Origin: Chloroflexota bacterium
Lineage (GTDB): Bacteria; Chloroflexota; Dehalococcoidia; Bin125
Reading direction: 5' to 3'
Assembly (NCBI GenBank): GCA_009838735.1
Contig: VXQZ01000052.1
Coordinates: 11,332 to 75,331, forward strand
Length of the DNA: 64,000 nucleotides
Part shown: piece after piece, positions 49,573-57,982 of the stretch
Numbering within the stretch: the first letter of the stretch is position 1
How the letters are laid out: each line of letters starts with the position of its first letter
Notes under the pieces: model-generated
What the model was told of the DNA's origin: nothing
The model's database searches: none
Seen by the model: only the letters and a program-made list of their open reading frames with translations
Translations under genes and position numbers: made by a program

Positions 49573-50826
49573 TCACGCGCTTAGGTAGGCGCCGATGTCG
49601 GGGCCGCCCTCGGTCAGTACGACGCCGGACTCGGCCAGTGCGGCGGTCTGCTCGGCGGTGATGCCCAGCCACTCTTCGAGCACAGCGCAGGTGTCCTGGC
49701 CGAACAAGGGCGCGTAGCCGTAGACCCGGCCTGGAGTGCGCGAGAGCTTGAGCGGGGAGGCGGCCATCGTGACATCACCGGCGACCGGATGGTGCACGGT
49801 CGTGATCATTTCTCTGGCTGCAATCTGTTCCTGCTGAACGGCCTGGCCGATCGTGTTCAGCGGTCCGATCGGGATGTTGTATTGCTCCAGGGTGGTCACC
49901 CAATGGTTGGTCGTCTGTCGGCGCGTGGCCTCGAACAGCAGCGGCTCCAGCTCCGCATGATTCTCAGTTCGCTTGAACGACGTGTCGAAGCGTGGATCAC
50001 CGACCAGCTCCGGTAGTCCCAGTTCGGCGCAGAACAACTCCCACTGGTTGTCGACGCCCCACGAAAGCGCGACGACCATCCAGCCGTCGGCGGTAGGGAA
50101 GGCCTGGAACGGCGTCGCCGACGGATGCCTGGTGCCTAGCGGGCCGGGCTCCTTGCCGGTTGAGAAATAGCGCGCAACCGCGTTCTCAAGGATCGAGATT
50201 TGACAATCCAACATGGAAATGTCGACCGATTGGCCCATTCCGCTCAGATCGCGTTCGCGAAGCGCTGCCAGGATGCCGATCGCCGTGTAGAAGCCGCCGC
50301 AAATGTCTCCAATTGAGGTGCCTGGTCGTGCGGGAGGTTCATCCGGATAGCCGGTGATGCTCATCACGCCGCCCATGCCCTGCACGATGATGTCGAGAGC
50401 CGGCTTGTTGCGAAGCGGTCCGGTTTGACCGAACCCGGAGGTGGAGGCGAACACCAGGCGCGGATTGCGTTCGAGCAACGCGTCGGGACCGATGCCGAGC
50501 TTGTCCATCACGCCGGGGGTGAAGTTTTCCATCACGACGTCGGCCTTGTCGACCAGGCGCAGGAAGAGGTTGCGGCCATCGTCGGAGCGCAAATCAATTG
50601 AGATGCTGCGTTTGCCGCGATTGACTGACTGGAAGTACATCGACTCGTTGTTGACGAACGGCCCGGTCGTCCGGGCGACGTCGCCATGCGGCGGTCGCTC
50701 GACCTTGACGACTTCGGCCCCAAGGTCGCAAAGGATCATTGCCGCGTACGGTCCGGCCAGCACCCAGGTCAGATCGAGAACGCGGACCCCGGCCAGTGGG
50801 CCTGGAGGATTCACATTGTTGGTCAT
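49573..50826 (-). CDS. class III CoA-transferase (CaiB/BaiF family), solitary
   Basis: ATG at 50826 ('MTNNVNPPGPLAGVRVLDLTWVLAGPYAAMILCDLGAEVVKVERPPHGD'). Confidence 0.85.
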   Translation of the reverse strand: MTNNVNPPGPLAGVRVLDLTWVLAGPYAAMILCDLGAEVVKVERPPHGDVARTTGPFVNNESMYFQSVNRGKRSISIDLRSDDGRNLFLRLVDKADVVMENFTPGVMDKLGIGPDALLERNPRLVFASTSGFGQTGPLRNKPALDIIVQGMGGVMSITGYPDEPPARPGTSIGDICGGFYTAIGILAALRERDLSGMGQSVDISMLDCQISILENAVARYFSTGKEPGPLGTRHPSATPFQAFPTADGWMVVALSWGVDNQWELFCAELGLPELVGDPRFDTSFKRTENHAELEPLLFEATRRQTTNHWVTTLEQYNIPIGPLNTIGQAVQQEQIAAREMITTVHHPVAGDVTMAASPLKLSRTPGRVYGYAPLFGQDTCAVLEEWLGITAEQTAALAESGVVLTEGGPDIGAYLSA

Positions 50827-50834
50827 TTGAGCTC

Positions 50835-51836
50835 CTAGACGTCTCCGATGCTGGGGTCGGAGAGTTCGATGTCGGTCACGACCCATTCGAGCGGTTCGGC
50901 ATTGTTCAGGTGGGCGAGATTGACAAAAAAGATGTCGGCCGTACGCATGTAAGAGGCGTCAACGTGACACGAGTCGTGGGGAGTGATCTGGCAGTTTGGC
51001 AGGTCCCAGAGCGGCGAGTCGGGCCGCAGCGGCTCGATTGGCGCGACATCGAGGACGGCCCCTGCGATGGCATTGGATTCGAGCGCGACGGCCAGGGCTT
51101 CGTGGTCAAGCACACGGCCGCGAGCGACGTTGATCAACAGCGAGTGCGACTGCATGGCGGCGATCGCATCTCGATCGATGAGATTGAGCGTTTCGTCGGT
51201 CAGCGGGCAGCAGAGGACGACATAATCACTGGCTGCGAGCAGCTCATGCAGACGGTCGGGCGAGAAGTGCATATCGAGCGCGTCGCTGTCGGGCATCCGG
51301 CGCTTGGTCGCGAGAGTTCTCATGCCGAAGGCCTTGGCAAGTCTGGCGCACGCCTCTCCGATGCCTCCATACCCAACGATGCCCAGGGTTGCTCCCGCGA
51401 GCTCCAGCGATTCAAGCGGCGTCCAGGCTCGGTCGGCCTGGTTGGCGGCGTGCTGGGGCAATCTCTTAGCGTGACTGAGGATGTAGGCGAAGACGTACTC
51501 GGCGATGGTCGAGCCGTGGACGCCCGGTGAGTTGGTGACCATGGCGCCTGAGTCGAGCAAGTGAGCGAACAGGGAGTGATCGACGCCGGTGCTCGCCGTC
51601 TGCATCCACTTTGGCGGCGACGAGCTCAGCAACTCGACAAACGCGCCAAACGCATCGGGGAGGTAGTACAGGTCCTCGGAGAAGAAGAATGCGTCGAGGT
51701 CGGCCGGATCGGCGGACCATGCGCCCTCTGCGTCCAGCAAGATGATGTTCGCGTCGGGGACGATTTCTGGGAGGCGTGCGCCGGCGCGGTTGTGGAACTC
51801 GGTGGTCACCCCGATACGTAGCGACGTGCTGGGCAT
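50835..51836 (-). CDS. D-2-hydroxyacid dehydrogenase-family NAD-binding protein
   Basis: ATG at 51836 ('MPSTSLRIGV...'). 'LGIVGYGGIGEACARLAKAFGM' and 'ITPHDS'. The upstream extension of the ORF overlaps the divergent MFS gene region. Confidence 0.8.
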   Translation of the reverse strand: MPSTSLRIGVTTEFHNRAGARLPEIVPDANIILLDAEGAWSADPADLDAFFFSEDLYYLPDAFGAFVELLSSSPPKWMQTASTGVDHSLFAHLLDSGAMVTNSPGVHGSTIAEYVFAYILSHAKRLPQHAANQADRAWTPLESLELAGATLGIVGYGGIGEACARLAKAFGMRTLATKRRMPDSDALDMHFSPDRLHELLAASDYVVLCCPLTDETLNLIDRDAIAAMQSHSLLINVARGRVLDHEALAVALESNAIAGAVLDVAPIEPLRPDSPLWDLPNCQITPHDSCHVDASYMRTADIFFVNLAHLNNAEPLEWVVTDIELSDPSIGDV

Positions 51837-51900
51837 TGCGCCTCCGCGGTTGTACAGCCGACTCCGGCGGTCAAGTGCTAGCGGTAGGGTAGTGGCGTTC

Positions 51901-53229
51901 ATGAGCCAGACGCCCAGACCGCAGAGACACCTGGCGATGAGGCGCCGCGAGCGCCTTCCGCGAGTGCTGTATTCGAGGCCGATGCGGAGGGTGTTCGCCG
52001 GTTGGTGGATCGCCGCCGCAGCGTCAATGGCGTCCTTCGCGGCGGTCACGTTCTTCAATCCGGTTCTGGGAGCGATCACACCGGAGTTGCAGGCGGAGTA
52101 TGGCTGGAGCACGGCTTCGATTGCCTTGACAATGGTGATCGGCGGAATCGGCGGCGGGGTGATCGCGACCTTTGTCGGACCGATTGCTGATCGTCACGGC
52201 GCGCGCTGGTTGTTGTTTGGATCGGTCGGGTTGGTCGCCGGACTGCTCGTGGCGCTGGGCTTCATCTCTGAGCTCTGGCAGTTCCTGTTGTTCTGGGGCG
52301 TAGGACGCGGAATCACGGTGGCGGTGATCGACATTGCGGTGGTCGTGGTGATCGCCAACTGGTTCATTCAGCGGCGTGGATCGGCGATGGGGATGACGAT
52401 GATCGGGACGCGCGGCGGGATGATGATCTTTCCGCTGGTGATCTCGGCAGGGTTGTGGCTGGGTGGTCTGCGCGAAGCCTTCCTGCTGATGGCGATGCTG
52501 GTGTTGCTTGTCGGTTGGCTGCCGTCGCTGATCCTGCGTCGCCGGCCCGAAGATGTGGGGCTCCGACCGGATGGACGACGGTCGAGCACGAGGGTCTCGG
52601 CGGCGGAGTCAGGGTCGCTGTTGACGTCTGATCCGGACTGGACCGTGCGTGAGGCCATGCGCACGCGCGCATTCTGGCTGCTGCTGTTCGGGACGACAAT
52701 CCTGATGGCGGTCAGCGGGTCCGTGAACTTCACATTCGTCTCGCACATGACGCAGAACGGGATCGACGCCGATACGGCGCGGAGCGCACTGGCGTTGTGG
52801 GCTGGGATGGGAATCATTGGTGGCGTGCTTGGTGGCGAGCTTCGGCAGCGGCTGGCCGTGCGCTACTCGCTGCCGCTCGTCATCCTGGTCACGACCAGTG
52901 CACTGGTCTGGTTTGTGCTCACCGACAGCGTCTGGATGGCGTTCGTGTTCGCGGTCTGGCACGGCCTCGCCTTCGGCGCGCAGCTGCCGCTCAACCGGAT
53001 TTCGTTTCCGGACTATTTTGGCCGCTACTCGGTCGGACGGATCCGTTCGGTCACCGCGCCGCCGCAGTTGTTGCTCAACGCGTTCGGGCCGTTCGTGTCG
53101 GGCCTGGTGATTGACAGCCGAGGTTCGTACGACTTGATCTACGTCGTCTTCATCGGTCTGCTCTTGAGCGCCGCGGTCAGCGTGCTGCTGGCGCGTCCAC
53201 CTGAGGCGCCGGCTCGCACGGGGGCCTGA
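51901..53229 (+). CDS. MFS transporter
   Basis: ATG at 51901. About 12 TM segments and 'GPIADRHGARW' at the loop 2-3 position. Confidence 0.8.
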   Translation: MSQTPRPQRHLAMRRRERLPRVLYSRPMRRVFAGWWIAAAASMASFAAVTFFNPVLGAITPELQAEYGWSTASIALTMVIGGIGGGVIATFVGPIADRHGARWLLFGSVGLVAGLLVALGFISELWQFLLFWGVGRGITVAVIDIAVVVVIANWFIQRRGSAMGMTMIGTRGGMMIFPLVISAGLWLGGLREAFLLMAMLVLLVGWLPSLILRRRPEDVGLRPDGRRSSTRVSAAESGSLLTSDPDWTVREAMRTRAFWLLLFGTTILMAVSGSVNFTFVSHMTQNGIDADTARSALALWAGMGIIGGVLGGELRQRLAVRYSLPLVILVTTSALVWFVLTDSVWMAFVFAVWHGLAFGAQLPLNRISFPDYFGRYSVGRIRSVTAPPQLLLNAFGPFVSGLVIDSRGSYDLIYVVFIGLLLSAAVSVLLARPPEAPARTGA

Positions 53230-53250
53230 CGTGGGCGTCCGGAGACCGAA

Positions 53251-53274
53251 GGGGCGGCCTTCGAAGGCCGCCCC
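53251..53274. terminator. perfect 24-nt GC-rich palindrome between convergent genes
   Basis: GGGGCGGCCTTC|GAAGGCCGCCCC equals its own reverse complement. It lies between the stop at 53229 (+) and the stop at 53300 (-). Confidence 0.55.
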
Positions 53275-53299
53275 TCCGGGTCTTCCACAGATGGTGACC

Positions 53300-54502
53300 T
53301 TATGCGTTAGAGAGGATGATCGTTCCGGCTGAGGCGAACATGCCGCCGGGGCCGTGGGCCATGCTGACGTTGACGTCGGGCACCTGCCGCTCGCCGCACT
53401 CGCCGCGCAGCTGACGAACGGACTCGACGATGGCGAACATGCCGTACATGCCGGTGTGGCAGTAAGAGAGTCCGCCGCCGTTGGTGTTCATCGGGAAGTC
53501 GCCGCCGGGGCCGGACTTGTAGATGACCTCGCCGTTGGGTCCGGTCCTGGTCTCGGCGAAGAAGGGACCGCCTTCACCCTTGGGCACGAAGCCGAGATCC
53601 TCGGCCGCCATCAACGGGGTGAAGGTGAACGCGTCGTAGAACATGCAATGGTCGATGTCCTGCGGGCCCAGGCCGGCGCTCTTGTACGCGGCCTCGCCGG
53701 CGATCCGGTAGCCGTCGGCGGTGGTGTGGTCGCGCATCTGCGAGACCATCCAGTGCGCCGCCGCTTCGCCGGCGCCGAGGACGTAGACCGGGTCCTTGGC
53801 GAAGTCCTTCGCGCGCTCTTCGGAGACGAGCACGAGCGCGCCGCCGCCGTCGGCGACGACACAGCAGTCGAGCAGGTTGAAGGGGTAGCAGATCATCCGC
53901 GAGTTGAGCACGTCCTGGGGCGTAATCGGCCCGCCGCCCCGCTCGGGGGCTCGGCGGTGGCTGCCCATCATCGCCATCGGATTGAGGTTGGCCCAGGCGC
54001 GGGTCGCCGCGGCGATGTGCGCCAAGTGTTCCTTGGTCGTGCCGTATTCGTGGAAGTGGCGCAGAACCGGAATCGAGAAGGTGGTCGGTGCGCCACCGAT
54101 CGCGAAGGGCGACTCGTACTGGCCGCCGGGGGAGGAGGCCGAGCCGCCGCGCGGGGCATCAACGCCGGAGCGTCCGCTCTCGCCGTGAGTGATCAGGGCT
54201 ACGTCGCAGTAACCGGCCATGATCGCGGCCACGGCGTGGCGGACGTGAATCATGAACGAGCAACCGCCGACGGAAGTGCCGTCGATGTAGCGCGGCTGGA
54301 TGCCGAGGTACTCGGCGACCTCGTTGGGGATCGCGCCGGCGCAGAGCAAACCATCAACATCGGCCAGCGACATGCCGGCGTCTTCGAGCGCGTTCTTGGC
54401 CGCCTGGGCGTGCAGGGCGAGCCGGGACATGTGAGGCATCTGGCCCAGGTCGTCGGTCTCGGCGGCGCCGACGATCGCGACCTTGTGTCGAATCTGATCC
54501 AT
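53300..54502 (-). CDS. thiolase-like protein (SCP-x / nonspecific lipid-transfer type)
   Basis: 400 aa, 'KVAIVGAAETD' and 'SYCHTGMYGM'. It is paired with an upstream DUF35 gene, as is typical for this thiolase subgroup. Confidence 0.85.
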   Translation of the reverse strand: MDQIRHKVAIVGAAETDDLGQMPHMSRLALHAQAAKNALEDAGMSLADVDGLLCAGAIPNEVAEYLGIQPRYIDGTSVGGCSFMIHVRHAVAAIMAGYCDVALITHGESGRSGVDAPRGGSASSPGGQYESPFAIGGAPTTFSIPVLRHFHEYGTTKEHLAHIAAATRAWANLNPMAMMGSHRRAPERGGGPITPQDVLNSRMICYPFNLLDCCVVADGGGALVLVSEERAKDFAKDPVYVLGAGEAAAHWMVSQMRDHTTADGYRIAGEAAYKSAGLGPQDIDHCMFYDAFTFTPLMAAEDLGFVPKGEGGPFFAETRTGPNGEVIYKSGPGGDFPMNTNGGGLSYCHTGMYGMFAIVESVRQLRGECGERQVPDVNVSMAHGPGGMFASAGTIILSNA

Positions 54503-54559
54503 GAGAGTTCTCCGTTTCAGACGGTCTGCTGGTTGGCAGAGGGGAAGGGATTGGGGGGA

Positions 54560-54599
54560 CCCTCACCCTCGCCCTCTCCCTCTCCCAGAGGGAGAGGGG
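54560..54599 (+). repeat. REP-like palindromic element, copy 2
   Basis: CCCTCACCCTCGCCCTCTCCCTCTCCCAGAGGGAGAGGGG. The hairpin is CCCTCTCCC(54578-54586)-AGA-GGGAGAGGG(54590-54598). It lies in the 98-bp DUF35-thiolase gap. Confidence 0.85.
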
Positions 54600-54600
54600 A

Positions 54601-55032
54601 TTAGACAGGCTTGAACTTGGGCAGCGTGACCTCGTCGGTCACGTCGTCGAAGACGATCTCGACGTCCATATCGACCGTGGTCGAATAGGGGTCGTCGATG
54701 ATCAGATTGGACATCATCCGCGGGCCCTCTTCGAGTTCAATCACCGCGATCACGTAGGGCGGAGCGTTGTCCTCGGTGTTGTAGGGCGGAATCGGCTGGT
54801 GGGAGATCACAAACGTGTAGACCTTGCCCTTGCCAGAGGCCTGCATCCACTTGATGTCCCAGTTGAAGCACTTGGGCATGGGGCAGAAGGGACGCGGGTA
54901 GAAGTGGGGGCCGCAATCGTCGCAGGTGGGCAGCATCAGTTTGTGCTCTTTGAGGCCGTCCCAGTAGGGCTGTGACTCAGGCGTCGCCACTGGCAGTCTG
55001 CCGGCGTAGTCAGCCATGCTGTGCTCCTTCAC
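54601..55032 (-). CDS. DUF35 Zn-ribbon/OB-fold protein (thiolase-associated)
   Basis: 'PYWDGLKEHKLMLPTCDDCGPHFYPRPFCP' followed by OB-fold-like sequence. Confidence 0.85.
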   Translation of the reverse strand: MKEHSMADYAGRLPVATPESQPYWDGLKEHKLMLPTCDDCGPHFYPRPFCPMPKCFNWDIKWMQASGKGKVYTFVISHQPIPPYNTEDNAPPYVIAVIELEEGPRMMSNLIIDDPYSTTVDMDVEIVFDDVTDEVTLPKFKPV

Positions 55033-55078
55033 GTGTGTTCCAGGTTGTCCACAGCGATGCTACACGACACCCGGGACT

Positions 55079-55699
55079 TCACCGCGTCGACGACTCGCGG
55101 TCGATCCATGACCGTTCGAGTTCCGCTTTGCGTTGCGTCCAGGCTGGATGAGCGCCTCTGCGCTGCCGCGCCATCTCGGAGAGGATGACGGCCGCAGCCA
55201 CGGACACATTGAGGGACTGCACGAATCCCACCATGGGAACGATCAACGCGCCGTCGGCCAATGCGAGCATCTCGGCCGAGCAACCGGCATGTTCGTTGCC
55301 CAGCACTATTGCCGATGGGCCGTTGAAATCGACGCTGAGATAGTCCTGCGCATCGTCGGTCAGCTGTGTGGCGTAGACCCTGATTCCCTCCGACCTGAGT
55401 TCCGATACGCACTCCTCGGCTGACTCGTAGCGATCAATCTGCAGCCACTTCTCGACCTTGGCCGCGACGCCGCCCGAGATCTCAGGGAACTCCTGATTGT
55501 TGTAGACGAGCGCGATCCGCCCGACTCCGAAGGCGTCGCAGCTGCGCAGGATGGCCGAGGCATTGTGGGCGTCGTGGATGTTCTCGAGAACCACGATCAG
55601 ATCGTCGTGGCGGCGTTCGAGAACTTCCCGCATCCTGGCGAGGCGGCGTTCGGTGATTGGCCGTTGGCGGTGTTCGGCGGGATCGGACGAATTGGTCAA
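55079..55699 (-). CDS. trmH: SpoU/TrmH-family tRNA/rRNA 2'-O-methyltransferase
   Basis: TTG start. 'LIVVLENIHDAHNASAILRSCDAFGV', 'IVLGNEHAGCS' and 'VPMVGFVQSLNVSVAAAVIL'. Confidence 0.8.
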   Translation of the reverse strand: MTNSSDPAEHRQRPITERRLARMREVLERRHDDLIVVLENIHDAHNASAILRSCDAFGVGRIALVYNNQEFPEISGGVAAKVEKWLQIDRYESAEECVSELRSEGIRVYATQLTDDAQDYLSVDFNGPSAIVLGNEHAGCSAEMLALADGALIVPMVGFVQSLNVSVAAAVILSEMARQRRGAHPAWTQRKAELERSWIDRESSTR

Positions 55700-55792
55700 T
55701 CGGCGGGCTCTTTCAGGTTTCCCGGGAACCTTTTTCTCGGACGAGAAACACAGGCGATCTCCAGCGTATTGCTGAAGATCGTGGGTTTGGAG

Positions 55793-55873
55793 TTTCAGGT
55801 TCTTTCAGGTTTTTTCAGGTTTTTTCAGGCCGAATCCTGTTCGGATTTGTTCGATGTTGTTCGACTCTGTGCG
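55793..55873 (+). repeat. 10-bp phased motif array (4 x TTTCAGG, then 3 x TGTTCG plus TGTGCG)
   Basis: TTTCAGG starts at 55793, 55803, 55813 and 55823. TGTTCG starts at 55838, 55848 and 55858, and TGTGCG at 55868. A further TTTCAGGTTT lies at 55711-55720. Confidence 0.8.
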
Positions 55874-56094
55874 GGTTTGGGTCGGGGTTGGACGGACGTC
55901 GACGGGCATGGTCGAGTCTGGGCGGAGCTGGTCGGGAGAGTCTGTTCGGCGCATGGCTTCTCTCGCAGGAGGCTGATTGGAGTTGATCACTGCCATTGTA
56001 CCCGCACATGTGTGCGGTTAGGTTGTGCGGCGTTGTTTTGGTGACAGATGAAGTTGGAGGCTGGGGCGCAGCGTGAGTCACTTGCGCGCCGGAG

Positions 56095-56127
56095 CCCTCA
56101 CCCCAGCCCTCTCCCAGAGGGAGAGGG
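56095..56127 (+). repeat. REP-like palindromic element, copy 3
   Basis: CCCTCACCCCAGCCCTCTCCCAGAGGGAGAGGG. The hairpin is CCCTCTCCC(56107-56115)-AGA-GGGAGAGGG(56119-56127). It lies 45 nt beyond the sulfite reductase stop. Confidence 0.85.
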
Positions 56128-56171
56128 AGTCGGAGGGAAACCTCTTCCAGATGGAGAGCGAGTCGGTGGTG

Positions 56172-57965
56172 CTAGACCGCGCACTCGCCTTCGCCGCGTT
56201 GGAGGATGTAGATGTCCTGGCGATCCCAGTCGATGAACATCGGCAAGGTGTCGGCCGAGAACTCGGGCGGCAGGGTGAGGTCGTTGAGCGTGTCCTGGAT
56301 CGGACTGAGGCCGACCCGGTCGACCCAGGTGCTGAACAGCTCTTGATGGTCCTCACGGTCAGCGTGATACAGGTCGATCACGCGCTCGACGGCGTCGGGG
56401 ACGCGCTTTGCCGGAATGCGGACCTTGGGCACCAGCGTGCCCAGCCGCATCTCCTCGGTCCGGTAGGTGCCGGCGACGAACATGTGGTAGGCGGGAATCT
56501 GGCGATTGCCGACTTTGATCGCGGCGCCGTGGAAGCCGATATCGGCGATGTGGTGCTGGCCGCAACTGTTGGGGCAGCCGCTCATGTGGATGCGCATCTT
56601 GCGGGTCAGCGGATCGTCGATCGCCATCTCGCGGACACGTTCCTGCACAGCGCGGTTGAGGCCCATTGACGAGGTGATGCCGAGCTTGCAGCTGTCGGTG
56701 CCGGGGCAGGAGACGACATCCTCGATCTCCTGGGCATCGGGCGCGCCCATGCCGAGTTCGTCGAGTTCTTTCCAGACCGCGTAGACGGCCTCGTTAGGAA
56801 TCCAGCGCAGGACGACGTTCTGCTGCGGGGTGGTACGGGCGCGCTCGCGTCCGTACTTGCGCAGGATCTCGGCCAGGCCGCGGAACTGTTCCGGGGTCAG
56901 GTCGCCCTGATCGATTGATGCTTCGACTGCCGAGTAGCCGTCCTGCACCTGGGCGCGGACGTTGGTCGCGAGGAAGCGCTCGAATCGAGCGGCGTCACCG
57001 TTCGGGGATGGCAGTTCGACGGCGATGTCGCGTGCGTCAGACGCTTCGTCGTCGAGGTAGAGCAGTTCCTCCAGCGGCGGCGTCTCGGCTGACCACGCCT
57101 TCTTCAGTTCTTCGTCGACCATCTCGCGGAAGGCCTCCTCGCCGACGCGGTGGACGAGGAACTTGAGGCGGGCTTTGAGGATGTTCTTGCGCAGCTCGTC
57201 GGCGGCGTTGAAGATGCGGATGACGGCCTCGGAGAGGGTGAGGAACTCCGACATTGGCACGAAGTCGGTCAGGGTGACCGCTTCCTTGGGCATGGTCGAG
57301 AGGCCGCCGCCGACCATGACGCGGAAGCCGCGGACCTCTTTGCCGTCGATCACACGGACCTGCGAGAAGAAGGCGAGGTCATGGATGGCGGCGATGGCCG
57401 AGTCGGCCTCGCGGCCGGTGAAGTAGACCTTGAACTTTCTCGGCAGCAGCTGGGTGATGGAGTTGCGCACCCAGTAGCGGACGAAGGCGCCGGCGTAGGG
57501 GGTGGGATCGAAGACTTCGTCTTCGGAGATGCCCGCCCAGGGGTCGGCGGTGACGTTGCGCACGGTGTTGCCGCAGGCTTCGCGCGAGGAGAGTCCGACC
57601 GTGCCCAGGACTCGGAGCATGTCAGGCATCTGGTCGAGCGGGACGAAGTGAACCTGGATGTTCTGGCGCGTGGTGATGTGGCCCTTGCCCAGCGGTGCGA
57701 AGGTCTCACAGACTTCGGCGAGTCCGTCGAGTTGATCGGACGTGACGCCGCCCATGGGCAGCTTGATCCGGTTCATGTGCACGTCGGGCTGTCGCTGTCC
57801 GTAGACGCCCTGGCGCAGCCGGTAGAGCATGAACTCGACCTCTTCGCGTTGCTGCTCGCGGAACGCGGTCGCTTCGGTTTCGAAATCGTCGAGTTCGTCG
57901 TCCCAGATGGGGATCACGACTCCGGGAGTGTCGGTTCTGGAAGTGGTCATACCGTAGTTCCCCAA
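56172..57965 (-). CDS. sir: ferredoxin-type sulfite/nitrite reductase hemoprotein
   Basis: 597 aa with two NIR/SIR repeats. Siroheme/4Fe-4S Cys motifs 'SCPGTDSCKLG' and 'MSGCPNSCGQHHIADIGFHG'. Confidence 0.85.
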   Translation of the reverse strand: MGNYGMTTSRTDTPGVVIPIWDDELDDFETEATAFREQQREEVEFMLYRLRQGVYGQRQPDVHMNRIKLPMGGVTSDQLDGLAEVCETFAPLGKGHITTRQNIQVHFVPLDQMPDMLRVLGTVGLSSREACGNTVRNVTADPWAGISEDEVFDPTPYAGAFVRYWVRNSITQLLPRKFKVYFTGREADSAIAAIHDLAFFSQVRVIDGKEVRGFRVMVGGGLSTMPKEAVTLTDFVPMSEFLTLSEAVIRIFNAADELRKNILKARLKFLVHRVGEEAFREMVDEELKKAWSAETPPLEELLYLDDEASDARDIAVELPSPNGDAARFERFLATNVRAQVQDGYSAVEASIDQGDLTPEQFRGLAEILRKYGRERARTTPQQNVVLRWIPNEAVYAVWKELDELGMGAPDAQEIEDVVSCPGTDSCKLGITSSMGLNRAVQERVREMAIDDPLTRKMRIHMSGCPNSCGQHHIADIGFHGAAIKVGNRQIPAYHMFVAGTYRTEEMRLGTLVPKVRIPAKRVPDAVERVIDLYHADREDHQELFSTWVDRVGLSPIQDTLNDLTLPPEFSADTLPMFIDWDRQDIYILQRGEGECAV

Positions 57966-57982
57966 CTATGTTTGTTCGGATT

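Noticed and set aside
49400-49588. Short ORFs translating the REP-like elements ('NPLPEGEGI', 'PSPLPEGEGV', 'LSQRERESEG'; also 56048..56236 and the start of 56073..56669)
   Set aside because: The peptide similarity only reflects the repeated palindromic DNA. The ORFs lack start contexts and cross gene boundaries.
53354-54604. 416-aa plus-strand ORF opposite the thiolase gene, running through the REP element
   Set aside because: It is a shadow ORF, and its C-terminus ('SPSPSPSPRGRGD') is just the translated REP palindrome.
55805-56081. 63-aa and 88-aa minus-strand ORFs in the sir-trmH spacer
   Set aside because: The sequence is low-complexity (Pro/Thr/Arg-rich), there is no SD, and the ORFs overlap the repeat array. 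They are unlikely to be coding.
49531-56127. Possibility that the three identical-core repeats are a CRISPR array
   Set aside because: The copies lie 5 kb and 1.5 kb apart, separated by normal genes. There is no regular spacer architecture and there are no cas genes.
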